Positions 57,615 to 64,000 of a stretch of 64,000 nucleotides of DNA are shown here, one piece after another. Position numbers and translations under genes: made by a program. The stretch comes from Salisapilia sapeloensis CBS 127946 (taxonomy: Eukaryota; Protista; Oomycota), in assembly GCA_023334545.1 (NCBI GenBank), contig JAADVB010000063.1:1-64000 (forward strand), written 5' to 3'. The notes under the pieces are model-generated. The model was not told the DNA's origin and searched no databases. It saw only the letters and a program-made list of their open reading frames with translations. Positions within the stretch are counted from its first letter, which is position 1. Each line of letters opens with the position of its first letter.

Positions 57615-57674
57615 ATGAACAAATACAAAGTAGTTGGAAGACGCATTGTTTTTATTGACTTGAATCGTCACAAA

Positions 57675-59080
57675 CTAGCTGAGGTAGACGCGTTGGACGG
57701 ATTCGATCGTAAAGAGTTTTTGGGTTGCAACGCATCGGACGAGTCGATCGTCATCATGCACCTCTTCCATCTGACTCACTGCTTCGTAGCTGTAGAGATG
57801 TCCGTTGGGTAGTGCCATAGGTGGATTGCTATCATCCATCACCTTGTTCGTGACAGGACACACGAGTCGAGAGCGTGGCTGGTATGTAAAAGGCAGATGA
57901 TGGCACAGTTTGCCACCAACTTGACTGCATGTTGGACAGTCTGGATATGCATCATCATGTCCATTCGAGTCGTTGGACTCTTGGGAAGCTTGATGCTCCT
58001 GTTGGTTCGAATCCTCCTGTGAGCTATCAGATCGACTGACGACACTTGTGTTTGTAGTTGGAGCTCGAAGACGAGCACAAGTGCGTGTGTTTAAGAGAGA
58101 GAGTCCAGCGTGTAAGAGTAAAACGAGAGAAGGAGGGTCATGTAGAGCATAGGCTTTTCGAAAGGTAGAACGAAAGGATTGAAGCAAGTCGACCCATCGG
58201 TCGTACTCGAATAGATGGACGCAGTCTTTATGTCCGCAATGAGGACGTGGATGGGCACAAGACAGCGCTTTGCCAAAAACTCGTCGGACGGAATCGATCG
58301 CACGTTCACGTGATTTGCCTTCTTCTTGTAGTTTGGCTGTATTCATGAGAGACGTCTGGGCGTACTTGAGTGCTTTCTGGTCCTCTCCTAGTCGTGCTAT
58401 TTCGACAAACTCTTGTAGTCGAAGTTGGAGCTCTAATGACGATTGGAGACGGCGCAATCGAGTACCGTTTTCAGTACACCAGCGTAGAGCTCGAGACACG
58501 TCATGTGACTGAAGCGAGCGTTCCACTTCGTACATTTCAGTGTACAAAGCTTGATCGACCAACGTTTCGATTCCTAGGATTATAAGCACATGAGAAGGTC
58601 GGAATTGGGCTACTAATATGCTCTGTGAGAAGGCAGACACGAACCATTATCCTTTTGGAGTATTTGAGATGTATCGATGGCGCCTTGAGAGACCAGGTAG
58701 TCCGCGACGAGCCGAGTTTCCATCGTGTCTTTTGCAGTCGAGGTCGCATCGTCCAGAGCTTGGGACGGGGCATCAGCTAGCTCATCCTGAAGATCATGAA
58801 GATGACGGAGACGAACGACAGAGCTTTGTAACATGTCTTCCTGCTGATCGTTTGACTCCTTTAGCATTGCTTTTAACGCCAGAATTTGCTGTCGAATCTC
58901 CTGCACTTCTTCCAGTACGACATCGACATTCATGTGCTGAGCTGGCTGCTGTTCTTGATGCAAGTTGTCAATACGTTGCAAGAGGGAAGATATCTCTTTT
59001 GTCACTTGCTTCTGTGAATACCGAAAGCTCTGGTTTGCACGTTCAAAAGGAGCACGTATAAACGGATGACTGATCTCCAT
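57675..59080 (-). CDS. MAEA: MAEA/Gid9/Fyv10-like CTLH E3 ligase subunit; 2 exons
   Basis: ISHPFIRAPFERANQSFRYSQKQV; LisH RLVADYLVSQG; CTLH ALRWCTENGTRLRRLQSSLELQLRLQEFVEI; C-terminal CPTC...SRLVCPVTNKVMDDSNPPMALPNGHLYS. Confidence 0.85.
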
Positions 59081-59380
59081 TTTTATTAATGACAGCAGCG
59101 ATCGTTAGATTTGCTCGATACTTCTCTGCCACAATAGAAGCAGAGGTAGAAGGGACTTTAGACGAAGCAATTGAAACGAATATTGCGACGAGGCTCGAGT
59201 TAGAAGAAAACGAGAGGAAGAAAAGGAGGTAGGGAAGGCTAACGAGTCTGATGCTATGTCGCGTTATGCTTCTTCAAAGGTTAGATCCCAAAGTTATGTA
59301 ACTTTACATAAATCTAGGTAACTTTGAACGTTGAATTCGGACATGGCGCTTTTCAGAACAGTAGTCGCTAATGCCTTAGC

Positions 59381-61116
59381 CTACTTTGCCTTGCGACTCA
59401 ATTGCTTTCGCTTCATCTTCTTTTGATGCAAAGCATCTCGCTTGGCCTGTTCTTCGTACGAAAGCGATTCGTACTCTTTCTGTTTCTTCTCCTTGAGTTC
59501 CGCCAAACGCTTTTGTTCGGCTTCCTTGGCCTCCTCTTCCTTCGCAGCCTTTGCCTCCTTCTCTTGCTTCATCTTCGTTCGCCTCTTCTTCGCACTGAAC
59601 TTGGCCTATCGCGAGGTTTTAATACTATATATATAAGTCGGACAATAGTGTTTCGATCCTACATCACGAGAGAGCTTGACCGTCGATCCAAGGGCGTCTA
59701 CGAGGTGAATACCGAGTTCCACTGCTTTTGTTGGATCAAGCTGCTTGCCACCACTCGACATTTTGAAGCGTAGTCGCATAACATGTTCCTCCGTCGTCGG
59801 CATTCCACTAATTATACGCTACATTAGATGAAGTGATCGAGGTGGAAGTCAAGAGTATATACGTGATCTTGTGCTCATTCATGTCCGTGATCATGATATG
59901 CTCCAAGAATGGTTCCAACTCGGTCAAGTACTACCATGTGATACTTTTTAGCTTCGTATAAATACAAGGAGATGAGGCGTACATACCGATTGGAATTGTT
60001 TCGAAAGCAGCGTCTTTGGCAATTCGATGTGGTCTGCAGCGATGCAGAGGGAGGATGGGAGACCACTTGCTTCCAGACGTTTCGCTTGCGAAAGCTAGAT
60101 AACGTCAGTTGGATTAGTTGCGACATACTAGCGGGAGGATGCTTACCACTTGTGGGTAGCTTTTGGCAAAATCGTTGAATTCTCGCGTTTTACAGATACC
60201 AATGACCATCGGATCCATGTCACTTTCATTCATTCCAATGTCTAGCGACTATGTACGATCCTTTGGTTAGAGAAGGCATATATATGTCATGAAAAAGAGC
60301 GTACGAGGTAGTCGTTTCGAGAGATGACGATACTTGTAAGCACAGAGAAGAGGTCCATGCGTGCTGCCAGCTACATTTCGTACGTGAAAAGGTATTCATA
60401 ATCTTCGTAAGTATGTATCCATACATCCAAATCGAGGATGAATCGAGAGCAGAAGCGACGGCCGGTGCAGTAGTACTTGAAATTGCTATTGCTTTCTTCC
60501 AAAAGTCCTACACGAGGCGCTGCAGAGTATCCGGTGTAGGCAAACTGCTTGGCCAATTCCGGCTCACATTCGTCCACACTAGCGATACGATATGCATGCG
60601 TTTAGAGAGAAGTGATGAGATAGAGTGGACAGAATATACCATTTTTCAGCGATACTTTTGTTCCTGGACCTGCCCACAAAGTAATTGATGGTGAAGACAA
60701 CAGCGACAGCGGCACAGACGATCTCCAGTACCCATCCATCATCTATACGGCGTCGTGAGTACAGTCTTATGGAAGAAGTGTAGCATTTGGACGTACGACC
60801 AGGATATCCGAACGAAACAAGTCTGGTGGGATCCTGCGGAGTATACGGAGTAGGCTTTACTTCCTATAAAATTCAACATTTCATTAGAATTTATGGATGC
60901 TCCAACGAAAGATCATAATGCAAATGCAACTACCTCCGGCTCGAGGTCGCCAAACTCATCTGTCTCGTCAGCTATGATGTCACACATACAAGCAAATCAG
61001 TCACATTATATGATCGAAATGGAGGGGAAACAAGTAAGCAATCAAGTACCGATAGAAGACTTGGCAAAGAATGCCACAGCAGCGAATAAAGCGATCGGCC
61101 AGGTGATGACACGCAT
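59381..61116 (-). CDS. CCDC47: PAT complex subunit CCDC47 (DUF1682); multi-exon
   Basis: Signal peptide MRVITWPIALFAAVAFFAKSS; TM LEIVCAAVAVVFTINYFVGRSRNKSIA; LLEESNSNFKYYCTGRRFC; LAARMDLFS; C-terminal charged coil ending LSYEEQAKRDALHQKKMKRKQLSRKAK*. Confidence 0.8.
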
Positions 61117-61324
61117 CGTCTTGACCTCGTGTATTAGTTGTGTGGAATGTGCCGATTGTGTACCACCTGTACACTACCGACGCCCTCAGCTCCTTCCGAC
61201 CTGCTTCCTCGATCCATACCAAGTCTACACAAGTACTGTAATACTTCTACATTGCATCACGACCAAATGCCAACTATAGTCTAGTAGTACTGCCCAAGAC
61301 GCTAGATTTGTTTCATTTTCATTA

Positions 61325-63105
61325 CTAGTTCGCTTGAGGTCTCGACAGTAGCTCCTTGGTAACAAGAGGTTCGTATAGCTTTTGGAGGTGATCAGCTAGT
61401 CGCCTGACCTCTTTCACTAGTTGTGGATCAAGGGACTGTACTGCTTCAGCATGCGAATCATCATCTAGCGTCCGTTCGATCAACATGCTGACGTCCATGT
61501 CTCGAGCGTAGAAGATGTTGAGGCAGTTCACATCTTCTGCCACGTGACTTGCCACTTGCTGTGTATTCGAATCACCTTGTCCCTGCATTTGTTCCAACTC
61601 CTCTTGAGTGCGTTGCACTCGATCCGTTAAGAACGACACGCATGCGATTTGACTGTCAAAGTATCGCCGAACGCCTTCCATTTCCTGCCGCAAACTCTTC
61701 GTCTGCTTCTCTCGTAACGCATCCACGTCTCCTTTCGCCTTGGCTGTCTGTCGTAACGTCTGTTCCAACGACACAACTTGTTCCGTCCACACCTTTCGCT
61801 GACGCTGACGTTGTTCTTGTTGGAAAGTATCCTTATGACGTTCCATGAAGAGTGCGTTCTCTTCATCAAACGCTGCTGTCGTTTCTGAAATCTGTTTCTC
61901 TACCTCTGACTGACGAGCCGACGTCTGTTCAATCTTGAGCTTCACTTGTTCCAACTGCTTTTCCAAGTCCTCTTGACGCTGTTCCAAGACCGATTGACTC
62001 GCCTGAAGCTCTTGACGCTCTTGACGCAATACCTCGAGCGCCTGACCCCGTCGACTGTAGATCTCATCGACCTGCTTTTGTAGATCACTGTTTGTATCTA
62101 TCTTTTCTTCATCACCGGAAAAACGGAACGTCTTACTTTCTTTCTTATCGTCGTTGGTACGTTCGACCAACGTATCTACCTTTTCGAGCCGAGTCGCATA
62201 CAACTCCAAAGCGTCACTACGTATGTCTCTACGCTCAAATGACTGGCGAATACCCTGCCCGACCACTGCTCCATCCATGCTAGCAGCATTTGCTAGTTCC
62301 GCATCTAGTTCCAAGACTTTCTTCGATAAAGACATCTCGTCACTTGTGTGGTCTATACCGGATAGAGAGACTCGTGCTTGGATGACAAGCTGCGCGAGGT
62401 ACTGTGCCATCTCGTCCACATCGGATGACAAGTCGACTTGCTTCTTACTAGATGTTGCCTTGATGATATTGGCAATGGATGACTCGAAGATAGTAGCTAG
62501 TCTTTGATGCTGAGAAGATGCAGATGTCGATTTAGCTGTTGCGAGGATATGGGCTAGTAGCGACTGCAGAGTGTGAGCAGTGGTGGACGAGTACTTGTTC
62601 GAACGAAGGAGATTGGAAAATAACATCTGAAGGGCATCGCTTTGGAAGAGAGAGAGGATCGTCTCACTTCCTGCGTACATTTGACTCCAGTTCATCAATC
62701 CGTCCAGTGCCACTTCCACGTCTGGATGGGAGGCAGCTGTCTCTAAACGGCGTGGAAGAGGGACTTCCGGCGCTTTCGAGTTATTGTCAGGAGATGCTGA
62801 AGCGGTCGAAGTTGGAGGTGGAGAGTACGAGGAAGCACTGACAGCATCCGGAATATCCGATTCACTCTGTGGCTGTTGCACGTTCCATTAGGGATATAGA
62901 GATATAAAGTGAATAATAGATCTACTTCGGCGTCCAGAGGTTTCGATTCAGGCTCGACATGTGGGCTGCTGGTGTCGTTTAAATCAGTCTGATTAGTTGT
63001 TGAGGGCTCCGTGGACCCGTTGGCAGCTTTCTTCTTCGACTTGCGCTTTTTCTTCTTCCCGTTGGAGGTGGAAGTGCTTGGTACTTGTCCAGATTTTTTA
63101 CTCAT
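61325..63105 (-). CDS. Uncharacterised long coiled-coil protein with basic N-terminus; 2 exons
   Basis: MSKKSG...GKKKKRKSKKK (NLS-like) exon spliced (LDAE|PQSE) to a 518-codon ORF with an extended Q/E/L heptad region. No family recognised. Confidence 0.65.
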
Positions 63106-64000
63106 CGCATTATTCGCAGAGTTCGGTCGAGATTGCCTCAACATATTAAACCTACGAAAGCATTAATAACTTTAAATTTACATAATAGCATTCGTCAAGC
63201 ACATACGGATTGCTCGTACGCACACCGTTTGAATACATGCTTTATCCTTTCGCTAAAGATTTTTCTGTTTGAATGTCAATTGATGTTTTTAATCCGAATA
63301 CTACGAGAAACACCTTTGGAAGTAGGATATATTAATACAACCTATAGACATTATGCATAGAAAATGAATTATTTAGGATAAGTTTTGCAATATTTGAAAA
63401 CCATGCTATAGTAAAGGCTAGCTTGGTGACTCTATACTACATTACCAGTAACTTAAACAGCTATTCATCAAGACAATCTCCGCAACGATAGGACTGCAGC
63501 AAAATGTACTTTCATCGCAATGTATTTGAATGTTGATCGTGTCAAGACTCGAAACTAAACGTAACAGGGGACTCCATTTTCGTTTTTCTCCGTAATATAG
63601 AAAATTGCTCGAGGTGGACAAGGTCATATTTGGTGTTTAGGAACTCAGACAATGTTTATTGATATCCACGTCACATTTAGAATGCCAATTCGTTTTCATT
63701 GGAATCTACCTGTTCAATTGATTGCTGACTTTAAGAGCGTAAGCTATACTTAGTGGTATCCATTGTTTGTATCAGAAGGCGTGCAGATGTCCGATGGAAG
63801 CGCACGAACCAGTAGCAAAAAGAGATACAGGTTTTACATCGCCGCCCATAAGCCATCTTCCAGTTGCTGGTGGTAGACGTATTCAATTGAATTATCCGTA
63901 AATGTGCTTCGTACTCCCAAATCGAAATGCCGTTTTAAAACAAGAGTCCAGTTGAATTGAAATGCATGATTCTACTACACAGCTCAAAAGTGCAACAGGT

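Noticed and set aside
58004-58014. GGTTCGAATCC, a tRNA T-loop/B-box-like motif
   Set aside because: Lies antisense within the MAEA coding exon, with no acceptor stem, D-arm or anticodon arm around it.
1-64000. Prokaryotic systems (CRISPR array, defence island, operon, prophage) or an alternative genetic code
   Set aside because: No spaced direct repeats. Genes are intron-containing eukaryotic housekeeping genes. TAA, TAG and TGA all terminate recognisable proteins, and no conserved gene needs readthrough.
63110-64000. AT-rich terminal region with short ORFs
   Set aside because: No recognisable protein, repeat or RNA structure, and the window edge prevents context.

Overview
Gene-dense eukaryotic nuclear DNA, not prokaryotic: no operon, CRISPR, rRNA or tRNA was found. 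About 30 protein-coding genes can be reconstructed by hand, most interrupted by short GT-AG introns (those I delimited exactly are 51-68 nt, often with GTAC donors and CTAAY-type branch sites), so the ORF track fragments them and misses one entirely (CENP-S). The gene content points to an oomycete or related flagellated stramenopile (inference): a FYVE-GAF protein, three bZIP proteins whose invariant Asn is replaced and which carry a START-like C-terminus, a CxxxxC..CxxHGGG repeat protein, and cilium/centriole genes (CEP57-like, BROMI-like, ASH domain). Housekeeping genes include senataxin, NDUFA9, PMCA, soluble fumarate reductase, delta-COP, Pin1, Noc4, MAEA, CCDC47, KICS2 and HSD10. I see no convincing novel multi-gene system. 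The most unusual signals are inside single genes: (1) a TFIIS-N-terminal-like domain inserted into senataxin just before the helicase core, with a C-terminal SUMO-motif cluster; (2) a head-to-head pair plus a third paralog of non-canonical bZIP-START-like factors, one with an Asn->Ile change; (3) a J-protein with a hidden ungapped 53-aa Gly/Ala-rich internal duplication; (4) a bacterial-looking AI-2E transporter with an intron. All family assignments come from motif recognition and recalled sequences, not database searches. Exon boundaries are manual.
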